DNA of 64,000 nucleotides, taken from assembly GCA_002633005.1 (NCBI GenBank), contig NMRA01000066.1, positions 337,144 to 401,143 of the forward strand. Reading direction: 5' to 3'. The notes under the pieces were generated by a model, which was not told the origin of the DNA, ran no database searches, and saw only the letters and a program-made list of their open reading frames with translations. The stretch comes from Phoronis australis (taxonomy: Eukaryota; Animalia; Phoronida). Positions 1 through 12,900 of the stretch are shown one piece after another. Each line of letters begins with the position of its first letter. Position 1 is the stretch's first letter. The position numbers and the translations under genes were made by a program.

Positions 1-921
1 GAAGAGTCGAGAAAGGTAGATCGATTCACTGCAATGCTTATCGTTTAATATGTGGTATAAATAGATTATACATGTTCTCAGTCGTTATCCCTACATAGAG
101 CTCTCGTGGATTTTGTAGAATTAATACCCTCGGAGCTATATGTATATTTCATTGAAGACAAGACTTTGTTCAGTTTTTACAAATTTAATTTCGGTTCTTT
201 CAAACTCTCTAAATATAAACTTTCTATTACACAAAACTGCAATTTGCTCGGCGTTCGTTTCGTGAAGGCGAAAATTTGCGAAAGCGCGAGACATGCAAGA
301 TTTCATAAAACATCGCTATGTATTACAAGAGAGACACGTGATTACACAAGCTTCCTTAGCGAGGTTCTTGCGTCAGCGGAACTTTACCCAGGTAAACTGT
401 CAAGCATTCAATTTGGCACAACTGTGCCATTTCGTGCCACGAATGTTGACTGACATGATGGGCGTGGCAAAAGACAATCGGTTGACTAAGCGACCGAGGA
501 AGAGCATGCACTGGTTATAGATATGAAGACTGTATGTCACGTAATGTGTGCTTTTATAATTTTTATCAGACTACGTGGAAATAATTGGAAAGCTGAGGCC
601 AAAAGAATGCAAATCTGTAGTAACGATACCTTTCACAATTCTGTATGCCTCAGTTTTTAAGTCAGCTCCCATGCTGGTTTTTGACCAAACTACTTGTAAA
701 GTAACCGCATACATGTCCCACCGTCAACAGGATTCATAGTTACCTGTATATAAATACTTATTCAAAAAACTAGCCGACAGTCTCATAGTGTTCCATTATG
801 AGCACAGAAAATGTGACTTATATGTACAGTGATATGATGCCGGGCGTTTGTCGTAATTTGTTCAGAACGCCACCTAGTGAATTTCGAGTCACTCTCTCAA
901 ATCTACATTGATAGCACTTAC

Positions 922-985
922 TTTTTACCGCCGTATAATCCAGGATTCACAGCAAGTGGTATTACTGTGAAGAGCAAGGGCACTC
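922..985 (-). CDS. aGPCR exon: end of TM4 / ECL2 (GVPLLFTVIPLAVNPGLYGGK)
   Basis: TTTTTTCACTTGCAG acceptor, GTAAGT donor; phase 1 continues W-G from the 5937 exon. Confidence 0.8.
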
Positions 986-3900
986 CTGCAAGTGAAAAAA
1001 TACGAGACTGATATACTCACAAAAATACTATGTAAATTATTGGGGACAAATAAAACAAGAAGAATAATTTGTATTTTAAGTTGTATTGGGAATTTCAGGG
1101 TCACAGCTCTACAAATAAATATTTCACAGAAGGAACCAGATGGGTTCCTTAAATACAAGAGATAACACACACATTTAAATTAATTGACAAACTAGCTGTA
1201 CCGGTACTTAGCATAGCCTGGTACCAATGCAAACTTTCAAGGTTTGTTTTCAACTCACGTAACCAAAATGGCATACTTAAACTTGAGTGAATCAAGTTAG
1301 CGGCGGTGAAACTTCCTTTGAAATCGGTGTAGTCAATTCTTCTCAATATGAATCAAGCAAAAGCTTTCGAAGGTGGTGCAGCAAAATGTTCCAAGGATTA
1401 GCTATGACTTTAATGTACTTATTTTCGGCCTATATTACATTTCCAACTTCAATTCACTTTTCAAGCCGTGAAAGGCCGACAATAAGTACATTAAAGTCAT
1501 AGACAATCCTTGGAACACTATGCTGCACCACCCTCGAACCCCTTCCCCCCAAAAAACAGGTGGCGCTTCGAAACATGACGGGTGTGTTTTAGAATTCGAG
1601 AAGCCTGCAAAAATATCAGCTCTAAAACCTAACCATGGAAGCGAACACGTTCATGCAAGGCATAAAATCTCCACTCCAGGACTCGGATATAGAGGGACTG
1701 TTCATAGAAATGTTCAAACGTACTCTCAAGGAACGGGACGAAACTGACAGTCTAAATAGAAAGGTAAGTGAACTGGATGAACGTTTAGACGACAGCGAGC
1801 AATATTCCAGACGAAACTGCCTGGTAATACACGGTGTAGAGGAAAATAAGGGGGAGGTTACTGATGAGCTAGTAATAAACATAGCCAAGGAGTTGGAAGT
1901 TGACCTGCCCACGACGGAATTGGACCGTACCCACAGGTTGGGTGCTTTTAACAGAGATGCCAGGGGTAAACCTAGACCGATCATCGCTAAGTTTATTTAT
2001 CGTAACCAAGGGCGTGTCTCGATGTGAAAAATACATATCAATGAAAATCTCACAAAGAGGAAAGCTGCTATTTTTGTACAGTGTCGCAGATTAGTGAAAC
2101 GGACAACCCTGTTTATGGAAATCCGTAACACCACTACAGACTACTCAAAAAGAAAGAAGAAAAAACACATCAATTATGAACGTAATTTAGAAGAAATCAT
2201 TAATAGGCTGGTAAGCAAAGGCAACCCGACTGAAGGTGATCTAACAACTTTAGAAGAAAAAAGACTAATTTACAAGAATTAAGAACAGACACGTTGAAGG
2301 GCTATGTTGTCCGATCAAGAGCAAACTAGATTGAGAGTGGAGAACGCCCTACCAAATATTTTTGCAACTTAGAATGAAGGAACTTTTTTAGTAAGTGGAT
2401 ACATGCTATAGAAACAGAAGAAGGAAAAACTATTACGGATCAAAAGGAAATTTTATGGGAGACAATGATTTTTTTACAAAAACTTATATTCTTCGAGGTC
2501 TGAGAGTGAAGAAATGTTAAATAGTGTACTCGGACTTTGCCAGTTCCCGGTACTTTCGAAGTTGGAGGCAATCCAATTAGAAAATGAAATTAATATTGAT
2601 GAATTATTTGAGGTTTTAAAAATACAAAAAACGAGAAAAGTCCAGCCTTGGATGGCTTTACGATGGAATTTTTGAAGTTCTTTTGGGAAGAAATAAAATA
2701 TTTTGCATTGTGGCACATTAAATGTAGTTTTGAAAAAGCACAAATGTCTACAAATCAACGGACTGCGATTATTACATATATTCCAAAACCAGACAAGCTG
2801 AAACAGTTTCTGAAAAACTGGCGACCAATAACTTTATTGAATAGTTTATACAAACTGGCTTCGGGATGCGTTTAAAAGTTCTAGACAAGCTGATTGCAAA
2901 CACCCAAACTGGATTTATCATAAAATATTTTCATATATCGAATAATGTTGGCTTTGAAATTGAAATTATCCAGGACTTCGAATACAAAGTCCCAGGAAAC
3001 ACTATCAAAAGCCTTTTCAAAATCTATCAACACAAGTAGTCCTGAAATGTTGTGTTTGTCTGTATAATTAATAATATCATAAATTAGTCCTGTGTTCTCA
3101 ACCATAAATCTTCCTTATAATAAGCCAATTGCCCGTGTCATGCAAAATGGATTTCTGTCAGATAACATCATACTGGAACACGGATGTCGATCAGGTGATC
3201 CTTTCTCCCCTTGTATTTTTATATTGTGTGCTGAAATTTTGTAGATATTGATTAAACATGATCCTGAAGTGAAAGGTTTTAAAATCGACGACGAAGACTT
3301 CATTATAACACAATACGCAGATGACACAACTTTCACATTAGACGGAACTCCAAGATCTTTGGCAGCATTTATGAACAACCTAGAGTTCTGTGCAGGGATG
3401 TCGGGGCTGAACACGAAAGTAGTGTGGATTGGAAGTAGAACATTCTCTCAAAAACTGTTTCACCGCACGCTTTGGAAACTAAACTGGGGTAACGTTGGTT
3501 TTAAGCTTCTGAGAATTAATTTCAGTGTGAACTTGGAAACTATGTCCAAAGATAACGTTGATGCAAAAATAATGGAAATGAAGAAGCTGATTAATATATG
3601 GTCTCGTAGAGAGCTGACTATCTTTGGAAAGGTCACAGTATAAGAAAACACTTGGGTTTCCAAAAATTATACATCTGCAAACGCTGCTCTTAGTCCCAAT
3701 GATATCACTTTTGGTGATATTGAAACTTTTTAAATTCATTTGGTACGGAAAACCTGATAAAATAAAAAGAGTACTCATTAAATCCATACAAGGGGGTGGA
3801 TTGAGGATGATTGATGTCAGAAATGTAATATGTCTTTAAAAATTTCATGAATTAGAAGATTCTTTTTAACAACATCTCCATGGACTTATTCGTTGCAAAA

Positions 3901-6900
3901 AGACATCGGGCTTACTAGAGATGGAATATTGAGTTATGGAGACTACATGTTAACTAGATCGGATAACTGTAACTCTTTTTGGAAAGAATGCTCTGCAGTA
4001 TTGGAGCAATTCTTAGTTCGCAAACAAACTATTTCAGGTCACGAAGATGCGATGTCAATTAATGTGTAGTCCAGCAGTAGTATTGCGGTGGAATACAGTC
4101 CTTGTATTTATGAGTCATTCGTTGAAAAAGGTATATATTTGTGAACGATTTTTAGACTGGAATGGTAACTTCTACACCGTCCTTTGAAAGTTTCAGACGA
4201 TTCATCAGATTAATGTCAGCTTTCTCAAATATTAGTCAAATGTTAGTGCAATAAAAATATATGAATACGTTTTCCAAAAACATAAAACTAAAAACAGGTA
4301 GAAGGACCACTTGTACCTTTTTCTCTAAAAATATCAATTTGACGAAAAACAGATGTCAGACATAATACCATCGGCACAAAAGAAATTCGAAGTTTTGGGA
4401 TTTACGCTATCAGAGAAGATGTGGAATTTCTACTACAAACTTCCACATGAATGTACGAATGACAAAAGCTTACTTTTGTTTTAGTTTCGCTTACTGCACA
4501 GAATTCTACCTACTAATTATTTTTTAAATAAGATTAGACATGTGGACTCAAATGCTTGTACTTTTTGTAAATACTTTCCCGAAACTCTAGAACATTTATC
4601 CTTTGAATGTGAATATGTTAACTCTTTCTGCCATGCAGTACGTCTCTAGTTAATCACTGCAATGCAAGTAAATTTTGAAATAGACAAAACCACCATTGTA
4701 TTTGGTCTTCAAAATGAACAGAATATAATTTTGAATTGGTTCCTTTTACAAACCAAAATTTTCATTTTTAAAATGTCTTAACATTTTTTTTGAGGGAGTG
4801 TTTTAATGTAGAATTAAGTGCTTCGTTAAACACATGAAAATTTAATGAATACAAAATATGGAAAGATTGGAAATGAAGGGAAGCAAAGAGTTGACCAGAT
4901 GCCAGAACAGAAATTTAAGTAATACTGTTTAACTTGGAAGTAATAATGAAATGTTTTCTCGTCATTTTTGCACAGTTCTGTACGTTGTTGTGTTGTGTTG
5001 TGTGTATCTGTATATGTACCTGTCTTTTGTAATAAATGTAAAAAATATGATCATAATTGATGAACGTAAAGAAAGTGAAACATTGGGACGGTCCCGGACT
5101 ACATGGCGAAAGAACTACCCTTCGTCCCGCAGGTAGTAAGAAAGCGCATGCCTGGTTTTGACCCCGAATATCAGGCACCCTTTCACAGGTCATGTCGGAA
5201 ACCGCCGAGGAGTATGGCTGTGTAAATATTCCCAATTTCAAACCTTCAAAAGTACCGGAAATGAAAAGGGCGTCTTTAAGAAAGGGGATTCTGTTCGATT
5301 CAAAAATAATCTGACAAACGTGTTTCATCCACCACCTCCGAATTTCCTTGTCTTTGTTTGATATCGGGAAGGAGAAAACGAGAAAAACTTGACATCACGC
5401 ATTCAAAGATATTTGCCAAGTTTATCCAACTTTCTCCCGCCGAAGTTTCAGCCCACGGCACAGTAGTAATACTTTGTTGACATTTTATGTAAGGATAGAG
5501 TAATGCAGCCGAGCAAACCTTGTAAAGAATACGACAACAACAAAAAACAGGTGGAAATGCAATGTTGCAAGTTTTTTACTGATGTTGCTACATTATTGGT
5601 AAATACAGCGAGATTAAAGTGTCGCTGTGTAATCCGGGACGGCTGTATTAGTGCTTTATGCGGTTTTTACAAAACATAACTTCGTAAATATCACGTTACC
5701 CACTATCCCACGGTGACCTATTTACCATTTCCTGTCTTTTTGCCTCACTCATTCCACTTCATGGATGTAACCTGACTGGAATATCGACACTCGATGTCTT
5801 ATTGTTTATAACTGATGATGTCTAATGAACAGACGAAACGTTGAATCGATAAGAACTTGTTCATTTGTGCGGCGATTGTCCGTTTATTGATACTATTATG
5901 GCCGAAACTGATGTCGTGTACATAACTATTACTCACCCCACGCGAGTAGATATGCCTTCTTCATAAACCCCGGTATGTATGTAGCCATCACCTTGACGAA
6001 TCTAAGATACTGCAAGACCCCTTCGACCAACATCCAGGCGAAGGAGACGAGAATCAAGTAATGAAGAAGAACCGCCACAGCAATACAACCGCCTTTGTCT
6101 TTCACTTGTTCTACTCCACCTAAGAACAACACCACACTTAGCAAAAGGGCCAGTGATAGGTTGAAGATCGTCTGCTGCGAAGGACCTTTGCCAAGTGCTC
6201 TGAAACCTCTGCCGTAACTATGTTCTGTGCAGCAGCCACTGAAGAACCTGTGTAGAAATAGGTTTACTTTGCACAAATACTGAACCGTGAAGGTATTGAT
6301 TGCATGATTCCTAACTTCTCAAGCACACGCATTAAGTGTGTTATATTCCAGCCGAATCTCATCTCAGTGGCGTTTTTATTTGGGGAATACTCTGAACGCC
6401 CCCCTCCCCCAACTCAAAATCCTGGATCCGCCTCTGTATCTATCTAAACATACAGCGCATTACACTCTAAACTGAAAATTGACAATACTCAGCACCTGTT
6501 TCGAAATAATTTACAAATGAGATGGAGCTTTTATCATGATCAAATACCACTGTGGTCAAATCTTTGTCCAGAGTTACGGCTCCCAGTCGTTACTTCTCTC
6601 AGCTAGTAGAAGGTAGGTAGATCAAATTTCCGGTATACAACCAGGCAAAAAGATTTTCGAATTTGAAACAATAGACTGCCACCCCAGAATCTCTATTACC
6701 TAAATTTGGATTGATGAGCGAAGAAACGCCCATTGGCCATGTGCCAGGATACTCACCTGGATAGCAAGAACGTAACAATGGTGCAGAGAAGTCCCACAAT
6801 GGACAATGACAGACCAGCAATGCTGATGACGGACAGAGCGAGCTTGTTACCTTCATCCATATAATTCCCATACGTCCCGTGGTTGTTGTTAGCGGTTGTA

Positions 6901-9900
6901 CTATTTTTCCCCTGAGTCGTGTCCTCATCATGTACACCCTGACCTGGATCAATTGTTATCCCGTTTACATCTTGACCTTTATCAACGGTTGTTCCATCTA
7001 AACCATGAATGTTGCCAACACTTGACTCATTTTCATCCTGATCTTTGCCAACACCTGTCCCGTTTACATTCTGACCTTGGTCAACACCTGTTCCGTTTAC
7101 ATCCTGAACATTGCCAACACTTGTACCGTTTCCGTTCTGATCTATGTCAACACCTGTCCCGTTTACATTCTGACCTTGGTCAACACCTGCTCCGTTTACA
7201 TCCTGACCATTGCCAACACTTGTCCCGTTTCCGTTCTGATCTATGTCAACACCTGTCTCCTTTACATCCTGACCTTTGTCAACACTTGCCCCGTTTGCTT
7301 CTTGTTCTTCGTCATTAGGTGTAACTTGTTGATCCGGGTCTTGACCAATAGTTGACACTTGTTCAGCCAAATCATAACCAATAGTTGTCTGATGTTCAGC
7401 CGGACCTTCGTCAGTGGGCTTGTCGTCATCACTGGGTTTGTCTGGTTCATCCTCATCACGGTCAGCAGATGTCTCATAATAATTCTCAGCAATAAATGTA
7501 CTGTGCACATCCTAAGAAGCAACAAAATGGTGTCTTTCTGTAACTGTGCAGGCATTTCTCATCAAAAACTAGAACAGCAGTCGTCCAGTTGATACAAGTG
7601 GACCGATTGCGCACAATGGACTGGAATTCTCTAGATGTATCAAACACAGTTGATGAACCAAAGCAATTCACGTGAAAGGCTAACGCAAAGGCTATATACA
7701 TGTATAGGTTATCCCATATAGGCCCACACAGGAATACTACTGCCATATCCTATCGAGAATTCATTCGTTTGGGAATGTTCCAACTAGACCAAACGCTGGC
7801 TCATGTACATGTAGGATTCATAACAACCGCGAAACACCAAAAGCTACTTGGTACGCAAGGCCATGGTTCTAACAGAAGACCGTTGTGCTACTTTCTAATT
7901 TATGGTTTTAAAAAAGCATAGGACGATTCACTAAATAATGGAAACTTTTTTCCAAACTAACCACACGTAATGTTATGCGTGTCCACGTTGATGTAAACCT
8001 TTGCACACATTCTAAAAATCATTGAAAGAATTCGAAAATGAAAATTACTGGTTTTCAAACCAAACTGCATTGTTTTGATTGACGTTGGAAGGCCAATATG
8101 AATTTAGGTGTCAAATCCAACTGACAGATAAAAACATTACGCTCTTTTTCATCATCCGGGTGAAGTTTTCATACTTCAACATTATCGTAACTTAGTCTTT
8201 GTAATGTACTTCAATGCAAAATTCTGTTTGCCTAATGTTCTTACTTACCAGCAATAGCGCAAAATTTGTTAGGTGATCGCACATACAAACGTGTCGTAAA
8301 CCAACAGTACCGTTGGACCAACATCCTTCTTGACTGAAGTCTCCAAGTTGGTAGTCCCAATAGCCGCACACCGTGGTGACGTTGGTAGCGTTGTCCTGTG
8401 CATAAATTACCACGGCATTTTAACGCCTTCAAACGTTTATTTTGCTGTGACGATTGGCCATGATTTAGGTAAAAAGTGTCGTCGTGAACGCGACCTTCCT
8501 TCAATACCTCTTTTCACAGCTTTGCTGTTCTTGTAACGACAGACCAATACACTGTAGATCTATTGGTAATTCTAAATTTATGTTCGTTAATACAGAAATC
8601 CGTAAATTGTAGATTTTGTTGCTACGTCATTTTCTTTTAACATTATCCTTACCCTGATACTCACTCTTTTAACTGGAAGAAACGACGTTGTAAGAGGATC
8701 TTCAAGATTGAGCTGCATTGCCGATCTGGTGTTAATTTTGGCCGAGATGACTTTACTGTAGGTCTCCCATTTACGAACACTTGAGTAGTTAGCGGAGATT
8801 TGGAAACGAGTTTGGAACAGTTTCCAGTTGTTGTAAAGGATGAAGCTTGTCTGCTGGCCTAATGACCACTCTGAAATAATAAACAGAGATTACCAGCGAA
8901 TCGAGAGTCAATTTATTTACCAGCGGTAGTAATTCCTAATGTATAAGGCAACTTAAGGACTTGGTTACCAGCACTGCAAATATTCATTAAGGTTCTTAAA
9001 GTTCTAGAAAAATGTCGGCTTACTTTGGAACAGCATATCTCATAAATGGTTACTTGAAAAGGACTATATTAACCTTGATATGTTGGACAGCCGTGCCTTC
9101 CACAGGAAATTTGCTAAATTTATTCGTGAATTCTGGTGAACTTAAGTTGTAGACTGCAACGGTTTACCAGTTAAATTTATGATCCAAAATTTGCTGAAAT
9201 TAGTGTTTACGGTTGCATGAACTTCGAGCACTTTGATCTGATAGACATTTACACTACGCACAGTCACCAAAAATCACACCCCTCGGCCTGGCCGACATGT
9301 GCGAGTTTCTTACGAACAGTTCTCTCTTCATCAACAGTGCTCTCACAACAACGATCTTCAAAAGAAATAACTACTTTTCGAATACACTGGGGAAAATACT
9401 TAATGGCTATGAAAGCATCGAGAATATTGTCTTTGTTCCATTACCAACAAGTATCTTCAAGTTCTTTAAACTTGCATTCTTTCGATGGCGGTCAATGAAT
9501 GCTATTAATACAACCCCCATTTTGGCCGATTGTTCCACATGTCTTGATGCTGCTGTTCGTCACATGATGAATTTCCGAAGTTTTACGAACAATTTAAAAT
9601 GTCATCTACTTCCCTTAGTGAATAGCAGACAGCATTAGATTGATAAGGGGTTATTGCCTTCAATAGAGGACCCAGTCTGATAGGGGGTCCTGACACTCAA
9701 TTCCACCAACGATTGGCTCTCGAATATGGGCACTCTTTTAACATAAAGTTATCACAGAATAGGGAAAATCCATTTCAAAAGCGGATCTTTACTAAGAATA
9801 GGATGACAAGGGCATGAAAAAGTGGCCATGGAGGCCACCAATAGACCCCCCTCCCCCAAGGACTGGGGCTCCTAAAGGTGATAAAACTTGATGTCTGAAA

Positions 9901-12900
9901 TACAGGAAATGAGTAGCAATTGGTGCTATCACCTGAGGGCCCCTATACGACAGGTTACCAATGTCAAAAATAGAAGAAAGAGACCAACACAGAGAGTGCA
10001 CATAGAGAAATGCATTTGTCTTCCTAAATTTACATCTCTGAATCAGCAGTAAGACTATCTATACTGAAAAATGAACCCCACCCCCGCACACGCAAAAATG
10101 TCCTGGTCAGGGTCTCCAAAGGTTAATCCTGCAGTGACAGTTGACGCAAGCTCTCGTAAATTTCTTATCTTCTGCAACCTCCGCTCTCTTATTCTCCTCG
10201 GTCCTACGCCTAAGTCTGTCACCACGATTTCGAACCCGGACTTTTATTGCAACATTGTCACATTTTAAACAAGATTAATACTAAAGAAGGTTATTGAGGC
10301 AAGTCGCAAATTGTTTAATTATGGATGAACTTGCAGCACCACCTGTCGCAATTTGGACAAAGATGCGTGCATGCACGGAAAACGCACCTGCCAAGATTTC
10401 GTCGAGCTTCTGTCAAGATTTAGCCAAAATTAAAATTGGTTCTAGCCGATAGGAAATGGATACTACGTTTTTTGCATTAAAATTGCATCGAATTTTGACG
10501 CTGTCCATTTCATTTTGAAAACTACCTAACGCAAGCCGGCCTTGTTCTTCTTAGTCTTGTTAAGGGAAAGAGAACTTATAGTGTTATAAATGCTTGTCTT
10601 AAACCTTACGTACCTGGAACATAAACGTAAGACGACCAGCCAACCTCCGGCGCTAGGTATTCGTACGACGTGAAAGTATTGCAGAGTTCGCAAGTTTTCA
10701 ACGCTCTGTTAAAGTTGAAGCCGACGCACACTTCCGACGACATTGTGCTCTGTAGCTTGCCAGTACATTGAAACGCGCAATCACTGACATTTGTCGAAGC
10801 GACAGTAACCTTTTTACTAAAAAGTATTTTGGTATTTCTCGTCTCGTTAAATAGATGCAGTACACCTGCAAATCCAAATATAAAGTTTTAGCAAACAAGT
10901 GTAATAATTACCCTGGACTTGAGAGACGGGATTCAAACAATGATCGAAGACTCAAGTCGGTAATTTAATCAAAATGTGCTCTACAACAGGTCGAGTTTCA
11001 AGTTTTAACTCTTAAAAGAGTTAAGCAATTTGGGACCCCGTCGTACTTCAGCTGGCCTTGGGAATCGCTTCAGTCTTTAAGCAATTGAAAAGAATGTCAA
11101 GGCATTTAACTGTTGAAACTTTTATGTAGTTTTCTTCGTGCACAACTATTTTTTGTATTCACATTTCTCAAAAATGTATTCCTTGTTGATCAATTTTCAT
11201 TGAAACCGGGGCCTGGGGTCTAACCTTTGTACCCGAAATCGAATTTTCCATTTTTTTATTTTAATAAGAGCACTGTTTATCGACCTGTGCTATAGTATAC
11301 TAAGGTTTATCAAGTGAGTTTCTAGTTCAACTTCCAACCTGATAACCCCAAGGTTCGAGCTACAGACTACGGGGTAAAAGCTCGAGATTTCGAGTTCAGA
11401 CAAGAAATATCAAATCAAACCTTCGGTCATTAAGTGCAAGGTGTAATAAACCACAGTATACTACATCACAGAACAACAGATACGCATCGTGAGTTTGCAC
11501 AAAAATGGAGTGGAAATATCAAAAAAATTAGTTCAACTTCGAGTTCAAAGATTATAGACTCGGGGCCAACCAGTTCCCGTGAAATACTGAGAAATACACA
11601 CTTGAAGCAAGCCATTTAAGATACACTCAGCATATTGGCACTAAATGAGGCAGCTAACTGATAGCGCAGTTCTTTGTCTGGGCTATGCCCATGAAAGGAC
11701 TACCTGCACGCTGGCGAGTGTTGCAATGACGAATTAAAGCAAAGATAACGAACCTTTAGGGTCTACGAGAGACATGGGCAGCTTGATGGTCAAATCGGTT
11801 GAGTTAATGCTGCGATTGACTCCAACGTTATACAGGGGTTGCACGGACGTCTTTCTTATACCATCACTTGTTGCGTTGGTGAACAGTTGAATGCCACTGA
11901 CTTTGTTTGTTTCGTTCACGCCTACGTAAAACGTACCGATGGCAATATTGGGCAAAGTCTGCACAAAGCTAGAGCTAAGGTCGATGTGCACTCTTCCGGT
12001 AATTATCTCCATAGCTCTTGTCAATCTGAAAAGTTACGTGTAAAATTGTGGACGCCATTTGTACGACTCTCTGCTGCGATTGTTCTAGACAAGAGCTTTG
12101 ATTTACAAAGAAGCACTGAAGATGGTTGATAAGTTGTCACCAGGGCGCGCTACATGAACCAGATTTCCAGTCCATCTGCTGGGTCTATCCTTCCCGAAAT
12201 AGAAACGAACCTTACACGTTTCACAAAACAAATAAAATACGCGACAGAGCTCTTTTAATTCACTGTTGAAGCACCGCAGTTGTAACAATATCGGTCTTCT
12301 TCAGACTCTCCATACCGTAATGGGGGCAGTGTGGTCTCCAGTGATAGAGTCGACACCTTCCAAAGTGAAGATTACGGATAATAATCAATTTTACTCGTTA
12401 TCATTACTAATATCAATATCATAATCATTACCCTTATTTTTATTATTAACCATAATGCAGGAATTTTGCTAATCTCTATTCAAGCGTCCCCTGAAACACT
12501 GGAAGTCCGCTTTTGCAAACAATACCGTTCTAGGGATAGTCTACCTTGACGACGCTCCGTCGACCTCTTGAGAATTCGCAATTACTGAATCATTAGCGCG
12601 CATCACGTTGTCAAAGATATGTAGAACGTTTTTGACTACCTGCAAGAACACAAATTTGACTAAATATCACTACTAACAATATCACTTAACAGTCTGTTAT
12701 TCTTCTCAGTGCCACGCAAATAAATATAGATTATACCTCAATGTCAGCCTAGAATGGCCAATACAACCGTGTAAAAACCCATTTGGTTATCTCGCTAGTG
12801 AGTATTTTGTATCTTCAGACTTCTCCCGATGCAACTGATAACCTTCGGTCAAAATTGTAAAAATACAACTCACTTGTACGCATCAACATGTGATTATATC

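Noticed and set aside
106-520. Short ORFs as the missing TM5-TM7 exons or a separate gene
   Set aside because: No recognisable motifs or phase-compatible transmembrane exon; the rest of the 7TM is likely outside the window
6896-7355. + strand ORFs with CQHL and VNTC repeats
   Set aside because: Antisense shadows of the 33-bp coding repeat in the GPCR exon
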